Assembly: GCF_037042905.1 (NCBI RefSeq)
Contig: NC_087252.1
Location: 6,450,001 to 6,510,000 of the forward strand
Length of the DNA: 60,000 nucleotides
DNA from: Lytechinus pictus
Taxonomy: Eukaryota
Direction of reading: 5' to 3'
The translations under genes and the position numbers were made by a program. The stretch's first letter is position 1, and each line of letters opens with the position of its first letter. The notes under the pieces are model-generated. The model had not been told where the DNA came from. It saw nothing but the letters and a program-made list of their open reading frames with translations, and did not search any database. Positions 40,581 through 53,399 of this stretch are shown here, in pieces.

Positions 40581-42750
40581 CCTTTCATTGGCAATATCCT
40601 ATTGTATATGTCACCATAAGCATGCTGATAGACCTATACCCAGGGGCGGATCCAGCCTTTGCCAATAGGGGGGCCTGGATTTTTTGTTCAGCCATATTTT
40701 TCCCGATCGGCCCCTTGAAAATGATTTTTGGTTTCTTTGAAGGGGGTATTCATATTAGTCACTTCTTAGTTTTATTCTTAAATATACAGACATAAATATA
40801 TAATATCATAATCATTATTTATATAATGCGAGCGCGAAGCGCGAGCTAAATTTTTTTTGTGGAAATCTTATGTATTTCTTCCTAAAATTTTGAACATTCT
40901 GGGCAATGATTGTTATCCTGAAAAATATGTCTATGCAAATGAATAATTACTAAGAACGTGAAGCGCGAGCAGAAATGAACTGATGGAAAGAGTACTGTTA
41001 AAGACTGCTTGCAGTTAGCCATGTAGACGTAACATATTTTAAAAATCAAATAATGCGAGCGCGAGCTGAAATTTTTACCTAAGGAATGGAAATTCTACGC
41101 ACTTTTTGTAACTTACACAGAATAGGTATATAACTAAACAATTGATGCGAGCGCGAGATTTAGACCTACTGAACGAGACACTCTATTCAAGTTTTGTAAA
41201 TCATGAAAAGGATGAGTAAGTGGGGATCTTCCTTACATTAATAATGCGAGCGCTAGCAGAAAATTTTTATATACGTTTTGAATTGATCGAAAAGGTACCT
41301 GTTAAGGACTGCTAGCACTTATAGCCATGAAGACGTTACATATATAAACAATCAAATAATGCGAGCGCGAAGCGCGAGCTGAAAATTTTTGACATTTCTT
41401 CATAAAGAATGTAAAATTTTAATCAATTTTTGTAATTGTGAACGGGATAGGTATATAACTAAGCAATTGATGCGAGATTTAAAAAAAATCGAGATTTAGA
41501 CCTAATAACGGGACACTCTATTCATGTTTTGTAAATCATGAAAAGAATGAGTAAAAGGGGATCTTCCTACATTTATAATGCGAGCATGCACAAAGTGCGA
41601 TCAGAAATTTTCTGATGTTGTGACTTGACACTGGATAATGATTTAAATATAGAGAAAAAGTTGAGTATCTGAATAAACATGCGCGCGTGTTTCATATTTA
41701 GACCTAGAATCTAGGCATTCTAAATACATCTTTTGTCATGAAAATCAAAGCGAGCGCGAAGCCCGAGCTTAAACTTTTTGATATACCGATCTAAAAAGAG
41801 TCGATTTCAGCTCTATATTTCAAGCACTTTGCAGGAAAATTGTGAGGTGGATATGGATCGCACATAATTATTACTTTAAATTTTTACATACGACTGGGAC
41901 ATGACGACTATTTTCCTATTCCTCTTGCTGAGTGCGAGATGAAACAAAAGGGACAATTTAATTAATATCTTATTCATTAATGCCTAATGAGGGTGCGAAA
42001 TCTGATGATATTATGGCCTGAAAACTGGACATTTCAAGCACTTTTGTAATTATGAATAAGATGCATCAGTTAATATATTTTAACCATTAAATCGAGCGCA
42101 AATCGCGAGCCAATTTTTTTGATAAACTTGTCATGAAAAGGGGATTTTAAGTAGTTTGTCGTATAATCAATATTAAGACACACATAACTCGCCAATCAAA
42201 ATGCGAGCGTGCAGCGCTAGCTGATACGTTTTGACAATCAGACCTGAAAAGGGATATTTTGAAAACTTTATGGAATACACGAAAATAATAGGTACCTAAT
42301 ACATCAAAATTTTACGAGCGCGCAGCGCGAGCAGAAAATGTAAATACTCAGACCATAAAACTGACATTTTTACAGAGCACTTTTTAAAAATAAATTTGTA
42401 AATCACACAAAATAATGAAAGTTCGATTTCCGAGGTGAAATATGTTTTGTATATTGACTTCCAAACTTGACTTTTAAACTCCATATTGAACAAGATATGA
42501 AAAGCACCTAACAAGCAATGCGAGCGTGAAGCGCGAGCGAAAATTTTATATAGTGGCATGAAAGATTCTTTTTATTTTCCAAGTCTTCCCCACATCTTAT
42601 TTTATTCACTCGTCTTCATCCTCTTCTTTTTTCTTCTCTCTTTTCCTTCCCTTTCCCCTCCTTTTTGCCTTTTTTCCCTTTTTTCATTTTTTTGCTCCGC
42701 CAATAGGGGGGGGGGCGGGCCCCTCGCCCCCCCCCCTGGATCCGCCTATG
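40581..42750. mobile_element. hAT-type non-autonomous element with an internal tandem array
   Basis: caggggcggatccag ... ctggatccgcctatg; 8-bp TSD CCTATACC; recurrent gcgagcgcgaagcgcgagc. Confidence 0.9.
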
Positions 42751-42856
42751 CCTATACCGTCATAAACATTGAAGAATCAAAAATAAAATGAAAAACCGCG
42801 TCGGCACAATGGTAGCAAGGCTTCTGTCCTGGGATGGTCTGCAGTCACGAGAACTG

Positions 42857-43419
42857 GGCCCCGTCTTACAAAGAGTTGCGATTGATCCGATCAATCAAAA
42901 CTATTGAAAGCCAGCAACCCCAACATCTAAAATCCACGTTTGTTCAAAATATATTCTAGATATGATGTGTATTCATACATTCAACGTTTTCTTTAAAATT
43001 AAATGTGCTTCTATTTTGTTTATACAGAGGACAATGTGCAAATTTCCTGGGGAAAATAATTATGACATTGATGATTTTCCGTACTGATAGTTGAGGTTGA
43101 TCGGATAAATCGTAACTCTTTGTAAGACGGGAGGGACCCTGGGCCCCGTCTTACAAAGAGCTCCGGCGATTGATCCGATCAATCGCAACTATGGACGGCC
43201 AGCAACGTCAACAAGTATTATGCTTGTTTGTTCAAAATATTTTCTATCTATCTATGATGTATATTCATGCACTAGTTGTTTTCTTAAAAAAATCACTGTG
43301 CTTCTCTTCGTTTACAAATGAGTAATGTATATTTCCTGTAGAAAAATTTATGACACTGATGGATTTCCATAGAGTTACGATTGATCGAATCAATCATAAC
43401 TCTTTGTAAGACGGGGCCC
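42857..43419. mobile_element. Two adjacent copies of a Harbinger-like MITE (42857-43138, 43142-43419)
   Basis: ggccccgtcttacaaagag ... ctctttgtaagacggg TIRs; CTG before, between and after the copies. Confidence 0.85.
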
Positions 43420-43958
43420 CTGGGGTACACGGGCAGTAGGTTGTGAAAAGTAGCCCCCGAAAATGAAAAAAAAAAACCTGTTTGGCCTTAACGGGACGTG
43501 CCGCTGAAGAATCAAACCCAATTTGAATGTATTTGTTGAAATATTTGTAGCAATGACAGAAATATCAAGTTAGGCCCTCCTCTATTGTACTTCTGAATAA
43601 TATTTCAAGCGATTTTTCTTTAATAGAAGAATTTCTTTTATCAGAAGAATTCTATAAGCAGTATAGCAAGTCCTATTTTCCTAGAGAAAGAGTAGTAAAA
43701 TTGATAAAAGGGTCATTTACGTGTATATTTCTCCTTCTAAAAATATATGGGAAGCCAAAAGGGGGTACTGTACCCTGTTCCTATAGCATTTTGCTGCATG
43801 AAATCATGCACAGTGCTAGTGTCTTTATTAAAGATTTATGTAGTATGTATTTAACTTCCTTATATCCTTTCAGTCATTCACCTTCACTTGTTTACAAACT
43901 CCCCCAATTATATCTAAGAATCTAACCCCCCAATACCATTTAACTCCTAAACCCTGAC

Positions 43959-46900
43959 CAGTGGCGTAACAGGCGGGGGGCAGGGGGGGGGGGCAAGCTG
44001 CCCCCCCTGGTGGAGCTCACCGGGAAAAATTAAAAAAAACGAACGGGAAAAAGAAAAAAAGGGGGGGAAGAAAGGGAAAGGAGGGGGAAAGAAAAAAGGG
44101 GAAAGGGGAAAGGGAAAGGAAAAGGGAAAAGAAAACTAAGAAAAACATGAAAAAGGGAAAACGGAAAGATAACGGGAAAAGGAAGGAAAAAAGAACAAGT
44201 GAGAAAGAACAATTCGCCCCGATATACAAATACATTAGCATGATTAGTAAGACAGGGAAATAAAATAAAGATGACAAAAAGGCAAACAAAAGCGGGAAAT
44301 AAAGGCAGAATGGAATCAGCCAAAATCTAAATTGGAAAATAAAGAATAGGGACAAGATAACGTACACTACCGGGCTGCCGAGGATTGAGATAACGAGCGG
44401 GAAGAAAAATGGATGGTATATAGCATAATGTCGCATGAAAGTCTATCATAAACTTGCTAAATCTCCAAAGGCTCTGTCCAAGAGTCAAGACCCCGTGCAG
44501 TGGGGGCTCTTCATCCGTAACATTTAATGGGTTCTATAACGGGCCCATATATGGACCCTTCCTGCATTAAGCTTTACGTTGAGGGACTGGCGTACCGGTG
44601 GGTGGTTCCACAGCCAAGTGGAAATAAATGAAAATAAAGGAGGCAGCGAAATGAGATGAATGAAAAAAAATATATGACATGATATTTGCTATAATGATGT
44701 AAAAATCTATCACATAATTAGAATTTCATTTTAACAGGCCATTTTTTTCTGGCTCGCTTCGCTCGCTGGCAACTTTTTACAAATTTTCCCACATTTGCTA
44801 TGGTGTGCCCCTAATATTTGGATGATTACGATACACAACTGCATTTAATGTATGTGTTGTGTTAAAGCTATATAAATATACACGCAATTTGATTAAGATA
44901 AGTGGCCATCTGTAAGGTTTAAAATGGCTTTGATATCAAAAGGTTCCGGGGCTCTGCCCTGGACCCCACCCATAAAGCACTGTTATATGGATGAGTTTGG
45001 ACCATGGCCCCCAACAGTTCTACAACCAAACCAAAAAACATGAGGAAAGAAAGGAAAGTGTATTATATTTTTCTGAATATCACGTTAAAATCTATCTTCA
45101 TGTTAGCTCGCTCGAGACCTATGTTAAACTACTTCTTGCCAGAAGCGCCATACTCGGCCCCCTCGAGCATATAGAGTTTCGCCCTGATGCTCACAATCAT
45201 AACAAAAATCCTGTTCACCGTGGCGTACAAAAAAGAGAGAAAAAAGGAGAGAGACGAGGGTGAATATGATATCATCTTTTAACATTATGTCAAAATCTTT
45301 TAAAAATTGGATTTTTGCAATAAAAATATCAAATTTTTTTGCTCGCTCGCTTATATATATATTTGCCCGATACGCCATATCGCCCCCTCAAAATGTTTGC
45401 CTTATGACGCCATTGCCTGTTCCATGATATGACCGGGAAATGTTTGGCTCTTGCCCAGTGGCGTACCGTGGGTCACGGCATTGGGGGGGGGGCACCAACA
45501 AAAATTTTGAATCACTTAGTGAGCGCGCGAAGCGCGCTCAGTTGTCAGGTATACTGACCTAATAGAGACATTTTAAGGAAGCACTTGTAGTCATTGTAAT
45601 CATGAATAACATACACATCTCAGCAATCAAATAATGCGAGCGCGAAGCACGAGCTGAAAATTTTTGATATTCAGACCTAAAAATGGACTTTATAATCGAA
45701 TTTTTGTGATCATGATACGTACCTGTCTCGCTAAACAATGCGAGCGCGAAGCGCGAGCCGAAATTTTTTGTATATATTGATCCCAAACAGGGACAGGACT
45801 ATATTTTAGGAATCTCTTAATAGTATACATATCTCACCATAGTCATCTAATGCGAGTGCCAAGCGCGTGCTGATTTTGTCAGAATTAAATTTAAACACAT
45901 ATGAAACACTTGTAGTCATTTTAATCATGAATAACAGGCATCTCACTAATCAAATTTTGCGAGCGCGAAGCGCGATCTAAAAAATTATGAATTTCAAACA
46001 TGAAGAGGGGCAATTTAAGGCTTGTTTGTAGGAATTCGCGAAACCATACGTATTTCAATAACCAAATGATGCGAGCGCGAAGCACGAGCTGAAATTTGCG
46101 TATATATTGACCCAAAACAGGATTTTTTTAAAGGAATCCATTAAGAGTATACATATCTCACTATAGTCATGTAATTCGAGTGCCAAGCGCTTGCTGATTT
46201 TTTAAGAATTACATCTGAACACATGAAGCACTTTTTGTAGTCAATGTAATCATGATTATCATACGCATCTCACTAATCAAATATTGCGAGCGCGAAGCGC
46301 GAGCTGAAAATTTAGATAATTCAGACCTGAAGCGGGGAAGTCTAAGGCTTGTTTGTAGGAATTCACTAAGACCATACGTATTTCACTAACCAAATAATGC
46401 GAGCGCGAAGCGCGAGCTGAAAATTTTGGACATTTAGATCAGAAAAAGGGACATTTCAAGGACTGATTTTAGAAATTCATGGAGAGCAGACATATCTCAC
46501 CAATTCACTGAAGCGAATGTAATCACGGACATATTTATTTCTATTCTATATTCTATTTCTATATTTATATCAAGACCTTAACATGGAGCAATCACTTTAA
46601 GTAGTCATGAAAAAGAACCATATGTCACTACATAAACAATAACATATTTGGTGTATATTGACTTGAAAACGGGAGGTTTTCGTACAACAGGTTTATATAT
46701 CTCTTTAAACAGACAATGCGAGCACCATGAACAATGAAGACATGGACCCTGAGCAAATTATGTTTCATAAAGTTATGATAAAAATGTTTTTTATGTAAAA
46801 TAACATAACATTATTATAATACAATATACAATTATAATGAATAATAATTTCTGCTTTCCCACTACGTTCCTTTTCCTTTCTCCCTCTTTTTCTCCTTTTC

Positions 46901-47006
46901 CCGTTTTTTTTTTTTTTTTTGTCAGCCGATTGGGGGGGGGGCACGTGCCCCCCATGCCCCCCCCCGTAGTTACGCCACTGCTCTTGCCCCCCCTGTTACG
47001 CCGCTG
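43959..47006. mobile_element. hAT-type non-autonomous element (host of a nested copy)
   Basis: cagtggcgtaacagg ... cctgttacgccgctg; 8-bp TSD ACCCTGAC. Confidence 0.9.
45456..46980. mobile_element. Nested hAT-type element
   Basis: cagtggcgta ... tacgccactg; 8-bp TSD CTCTTGCC. Confidence 0.9.
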
Positions 47007-49331
47007 ACCCTGACCATAAAAGGCCAACCCTCAGTGACGTCAGCTAACTTCAAGGAACAAAAGTTCTAAGAAGTATGGCTCACACTTCCTGCCCAAGTCA
47101 CTTGCACAGAGTATCACCACACTTCTTATAACAGAGAAAGTTTGATAGACAGTTACCTGTAGACCAATCAGAACAAGTTTAGATCACTCCCACCTTAAAT
47201 TGTTACACCCCAAAAACTAGTGATATAAAGAAGACTTCTTGAATATTAGAGATAGAAAAATACTAGACCCACACTCATCCATATAGACTGACTGACTTCA
47301 AGACTTAGACGTCCATCCAATATTATTTTAACTTCAGAATCTTAATCTTATACTTCGAAATTATTATATTCATCGTCTCCTGTTTTATCTGAATCTTCGT
47401 TGATATCTTCATGTACCTCTAAAATATTATATTCATCGTTCTAAACACGACAAAAGGGTGGTTTAATGGACAAGAGCAACAGCACATTTCCATATATTTA
47501 TACGCAAATAAAAAAAAATAAGATAAGTAATTTTTCACTTTTCACTTTTCAGAATGGATGGCAAGTTTTAAATTATTTCCTGATACATAAAGGGTTCTGT
47601 AGCAAAGGAAGTAATTAACATGAAATAGTGAACAATGCAAATCTAAGTTGGCTAGAAGAGATAAGGAGGGGGGGGGGGGTGCCCTACTCCCATACTTCTC
47701 AAATTCATATAACCATGCACTTACATCACCCCTTAGATAATACTTGTTATAATATACGTTGGTGACTATGTCCAACAAAAAATAATGATCAAAATCAACA
47801 AGAGTTTTGGTAAATTCTAACCAATAATTTGGATCGATTTTATTTTTTTTATTCATGTTTTTGTTGGAGATGTCAGACACAATCTTTAACGCTAATGGAA
47901 TTCGAGAGAATCGGTCAATATTTCCATGTTTATGGTATTTATTTTACCACAAGAAGTCTATATATGCAATACTGCATGTATAGTTTACACCATGAAAGAT
48001 TATTTATGGTGAATGTCATAAATAATTTACTAAAATACTATCTTCAACATATCTTGGAATGGAATTCATTCAAACATGCATAAAAATAGGTTCAATTGAC
48101 AAAAAATATTTTACCATTGGTCATTTAATCTGAAAAAAGCATACTCATATATTTTTGGTCAGATTGAAAGAAATATGAGTTCGTCTTTCGTTGGCCCTGA
48201 ATCTATTATCTTTTTTAATATATAAATAAGGAAATTATAAAGTTCAAAATTTTGCATTCAAGATATTTGGAATAAGGGAATTGCTGAACCTAAAATTCTG
48301 AACATCTTATTACAAACGCATTTCGCTGAACTATGAACTTTACAATGAACCATAATACGATATGCATAACATTATATTGCAGACGATGACATGAAAATTT
48401 GTGCAAAAGTTATAGATATGAATATACAAAATACAGCCCATGAATAAAGTATATACATTACTACCTGTATACCACACCGACAAAATTGACTTTTTGCCAC
48501 ATAGAAGCTAATTAATGATTTAACATATTTAACATATAACCATATAATGAATTATCATTGCGATAATGATTTTGAATATTAAGTATAGACAAGAGTTTTC
48601 ACAATAGATCAGAAGATACGCATACATGATCTTATTAGTTCATATAATTTACGTGCACATGAATATGACATTTTTAGTCTGAATAACGTAAAAGTCATTC
48701 TCATATTTTTCTTCATATCATTATAATCACCATCAACATCACTATCATTATATTACAGACATCATGAGGCTTGTGATTATTACTTCCATCACAAAAAAGC
48801 AGCAACAATGTTACCATGACAATAACAATTATTTCATGTCAATGGGGTGGGCGTGAATTGAGATTCATAAGTAGCGTAATACCACAATTCATTAAACATT
48901 TTCCGTTGTTGTTCAATTTAATAGTTCAAACCTTAAACAAGCCCAAAACCAGTGTTGGGCCTACGTCACATAGCATACAAAGTAATTTTGCTTTTCATTA
49001 CTTTCCTTTTTTTTTCTTAATCCCACTTCAATTTTTTCAAATCAAGTCTTGTTTACGATGATACAACAATGTTTGCGAGAAATGCAACTGCAATATTTTG
49101 CAGCATATGTTGACGGGTGATGAGACAATCGAAATTGATTCATCTTGATTTAGTTCACCCGGCCGATGGCTTTTTTGGATATGATGTTAAGAAAATTATC
49201 TTCATCGTATATCAAATGAATTCATCTCTTTATTCACAGTTACTTCAGAATAGTTTGTAATCAATATAAACTTCACACAAAACGTTTCTACATTTTCATT
49301 TATCAATTATTCCATCATAAACGATTGATAG

Positions 49332-49626
49332 CATGGGCGGAAATTCCAGGGGGACAGGGGGACGTGTAGGGGGGGGGGGGACACAATATCAAATGTCCCC
49401 CTACTATTTTTCGTCTTTTATGATGGAGAAAAAATACATCATTCACAATCGAAATAATACATGCATTTAGGACGTTACAGTTTGGGTGAAAACCTTTTTT
49501 TTTTTGCTTGTCAATTATGTTTTTGGGTTAAAATGACCTAACATTTTGGGTGAAAACCATTTTTTTTGCTTGTCAAATTTTCCAGCCCCTGGTTCCCCTA
49601 CCTTTGGGGACAGATTTCCGCCTATG
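49332..49626. mobile_element. hAT-type MITE
   Basis: catgggcggaaat ... atttccgcctatg; 8-bp TSD ATTGATAG. Confidence 0.85.
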
Positions 49627-49755
49627 ATTGATAGTCTGCTTGTACCGATGTTTAAAAAAAATCCATTACGCGTATAGGATTTGACACATCAATTGAAATA
49701 TTACGATTATATTTGCCTTATATACTGTTATACCAGTAGAAAACTACAATATCTT

Positions 49756-50284
49756 AAGGCTACCACACGCCTTAAGCCCCTTTCACAAGTCGTGATGCGA
49801 CTGCTTACAACCTTTGCGATTGTGTGCAACATATATTGTGACCAAATGATCGCAAACGATTGCACGAGTAATTGTGAGAGCCCCTTTGCGATTGGTCTGT
49901 GACCTGATTTGATGTAGTAGAATTAGATGCCAACATTAAGGCATGGAATGTCTCATTATGTAATGTTCTAAATCATCGTACGAATAGTTCGAATCTGTGA
50001 CTATATATAATCCTTATTATATTATAATAAAAGTAAATGTAATATCTAGGCCTAGTTGTAATGACGTCTTAGCAATTGTACGATTGGCTATACGATTTGA
50101 AACTTATTTGGCCTTTACTCCAAAATAAAGGCTTGCAAATCATGCAAAATTGTTTTATAACTATTTTTCAACTATTTTTTTACAATATGCGTTTCATTCA
50201 CATTTTCAGAAAGTGAGCAAAATGCGATTTGTTTCAAAATAAATCAGATCGTCAGTGGACCGGTCGTTAGGTGTGCGGTGCCCT
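49756..50284. mobile_element. Degenerate Harbinger-like MITE
   Basis: Imperfect inverted ends aggctaccacacgcctta and ttaggtgtgcggtgccct. Confidence 0.5.
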
Positions 50285-50324
50285 CTGCATAGGCGTATAT
50301 TTCAACTATGATGATAATACCATA

Positions 50325-51110
50325 CTATTTCCATTGTGCTAAGGCTTCCTTGATTTTACAAACTTCTTTTTCCAAAATCGTGACATCAATTTTGCGCAGG
50401 GAATTCATCCTAACTCTCACTTCACCTTCAAGACGTTGCTTCAAGATTTCGAAATCTCTTTTGAGTTCTGCGTCCTCAAAGTCGCGCCACCGGCCGTATT
50501 TGTCTCCATAGCGGATTGCAGAGAGACCGGTCCCCGACATGCCTTTTGAAGCATCCCATAGAGCTAAGAGCTCTATCAACTCGGCCCAGTCTCCAGTCTC
50601 GAAGGTTCTGACGCTCAAACCTAGTGACACGAGATTTTCTATATTTTCGCGGCCCTCTTCGGATGGGTTATGCCCGCTTGCACTGCCCTTGAAGCAACCT
50701 CGTTGCAAACAGGACGGTCTGTTAATTTTGTAGAGAGCGGAAAACACCAACTCGAAACTCATTTCTTTACCATTACCTTTGTTAAGTTTTTTCTTCATCT
50801 CGCGCAATCTGCCACAGCAGTCAAAACCCGGATTGCTGCAGGGTGAATATTTACTCAAAATCTTCACGGAACTTATTCTTCTCTGGTTCTCTTCAAAGAA
50901 TCTGATTAGGCCATCTTCAGCGTGATGTCGGGTACTGCTTCGGTTGATAAAGACTGTTTTCGCTCCACCTTCCAGACTTACGATGCCAACACATACTGCA
51001 GTATCCCTCCACTGAACTTTGTTACTCCCTACAGCATGAAGCCCGCTCTCGATAAACAGCTCGAGTATCTCCTGACCGGTCATCTCTGGGCAGTTGTTAT
51101 TATATTCCAT
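50325..51110 (-). CDS. AID/APOBEC-like zinc-dependent cytidine deaminase (261 aa unspliced; probable first coding exon of the death-domain gene)
   Basis: HAE at aa 63-65, YSPC-x6-CC at aa 88-99, loop-7-like FSALY; exon acceptor ttctgcag|51163 with an in-frame TGA upstream of the ATG at 51110. Confidence 0.9.
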   Translation of the reverse strand: MEYNNNCPEMTGQEILELFIESGLHAVGSNKVQWRDTAVCVGIVSLEGGAKTVFINRSSTRHHAEDGLIRFFEENQRRISSVKILSKYSPCSNPGFDCCGRLREMKKKLNKGNGKEMSFELVFSALYKINRPSCLQRGCFKGSASGHNPSEEGRENIENLVSLGLSVRTFETGDWAELIELLALWDASKGMSGTGLSAIRYGDKYGRWRDFEDAELKRDFEILKQRLEGEVRVRMNSLRKIDVTILEKEVCKIKEALAQWK

Positions 51111-51650
51111 AACCGTTTGGATTCTTGAAAGAGAGTGACAGCTATATGATCTTCAACCCCGACCTGCAGAATAAAATTTGCAAAGAACAATCAAATTAAT
51201 GCTCGAAAGATGAATGTAGATATAGGTTTAACTTTAATCCCGACCCCTGTTTCAGATAGTGAACAATGGAACAGTGGTCAGAAGAGGTCGGTAAAAACAA
51301 CCTAAACCTTCTATGTTGGGCCACTTTATAAACCCAATATTGATTTTAAAGAAATCAGACCTTTTTATAGGTTATGACAGAATTATTGGAAACATGGAAG
51401 TTTTTCTAATTTCTCGGAAAGACTTTTCCCCCTGTTTTAAGGGTTTAAAAATGGTCCAAGGTGCAAAACTGAGCATATTCACAATAAAGCAATCATTACA
51501 ACGTAAATTATTAAACAACGTTAAAATTAAAAATACAAATTTAAATAGACCTACATAATGATAGAACGAGACCGCCATCATACATCTTTTCACTGACTTG
51601 CAAGTTAGTACTAGTCATGAGATTATGTGTTTAGGCATATACTCCATGTA

Positions 51651-53074
51651 CAACCGCGTAGCCAGGATTTCATTTTGGAGGGGGCGGTAAATGCACGCGA
51701 AGCGTGCCAACACTTACAGAGCGCGCGAAGCGCGCTCCCTAGGGGGTGGGTGCAGGGAGGGGGAGTTTCCCCCTCCCGCGCGAAGCGCGAAGCTTTTGGT
51801 GTTTCATACATTACAATGAAAAGGAGCCTTGTCTCTAGTAGCTATATTAGCTCCAATTCAGTTGACTATATTGTGATTTTGAACCTTGTTTTTAAAAGTG
51901 ATTGTGAACACACAAAAAAGGAATACAATGGAGGAAATTAATATAATAATAACCCCGCGCGAAGCGCGGAAGCTGAAGCGTTTTATAAATTTTTTTTGCC
52001 ATGAAAAGGGTCCAGAGAAAAGGGTATTCTCAATGATATATTGAATACTTCCCTTGGAAAGATCAGATTTGATTACAAACAATTTAGCGACAGTGCACAT
52101 ATTTAACTCGCAAAACAGAGGAGAAGAAGTGTATATGCCGGAAGGAAGATATTCCTCTCCGCGCAGAGCAATGAAACTCTGGAATTTCAAAGAGCGGATC
52201 GATGTTTCATCAAATGCAGATCTCTCTAATACCCCATCACCTCTAATTCAATTGATTTTCTAAGATTATTGAACTTCATGACAAGGAAAATAGTGCGCCA
52301 AAAGTTGAAACTTCTGTGATTTATATTGAAATTATATAAAAAAGGATGCCTAATTTCTTTGACTTATCATCTGAAGCGCTTCATTTTGAATTATAAAGAA
52401 ACTTAAGTGTCATTCAAAATTTCAAACTGAGGGCGCAAAACAGGACAGGAGATGAATGTGCAAGGAAATGACATGAAGTTTAATAGAATTTGATACAAAA
52501 TATTGTACTTTTTATTTAATACGACACGAATTTTATACCTTCCTCTTTTAAAATTAGGAACCTGTTTGCCCCGAAATTATGGTTGTTTAGTAATGAGCTG
52601 AAAAGCGGGAGAAGTTGACTTTATGGAGGTGACGGCAGAAATTGATATAAAGATTTTACACGCCCGGAGCCGACCCGAACAGAAGTTGCGCGATCAATTA
52701 AAAAAAGATAACTTAATATACTTCGGCCTAACCTTACTCTAATTCCATGCCCTAATGTATACATTTGAACTTTAACTGGCAAGAAACACATATAGCTCTG
52801 AGGTGGAAAAACAGTGTTGGGAAACAATGGAGAACGTGCGCAGCGCGGAAGCAAAATTCATATATAAATTTAGAGCACGAGTGAAGGCGTTTCTCATTTT
52901 AGAAACAAAAAAAGAATTAAAAAAAAAAAAAACACAAAGCTACCTTTCTTCCCTTCCCTTTCCTCCCTTCCCTTTTCCTTTTCTCCTCTCTTTTTCCCTT
53001 CTTTTTTTTTCTTTTTGGGGACGTTTTGGGGGGGGGGCGACCGCCCCCACCGCCCCCCCCTGGCTACGCGCCTG
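51651..53074. mobile_element. hAT-type non-autonomous element (related to 31236-32532, opposite orientation)
   Basis: caaccgcgtagcc ... ggctacgcgcctg; 8-bp TSD TCCATGTA. Confidence 0.9.
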
Positions 53075-53262
53075 TCCATGTAGCTGCGATATAATATTAC
53101 ACTAAGATGATTAATCCTACCTTATTTGCCTGCCCACCGATTCTCAAAATTGTAAATGTTTTCTTCTTACTTCTATATCGTCACGTTCGAACAAGACGTA
53201 TAACACGTATATCCAGTATAATAATGTCCTTCAGATCAGATCAGAGTTATATGCTATATTCG

Positions 53263-53399
53263 TCCCATTAATTGCACCGATACCCCGTATGTTAATGACA
53301 TTGGCAAATTCATCCATGCCTATACAAATAGGCATGCATGGATGCTCATGTTGAGAATTTGCCAATGTCATTAACATGAGGGGTATCGGTGCAATGGGA
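53263..53399. repeat. Near-perfect inverted repeat (hairpin)
   Basis: attgcaccgatacccc..atgttaatgacattggcaaatt pairs with aatttgccaatgtcattaacat..ggggtatcggtgcaat. Confidence 0.85.
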
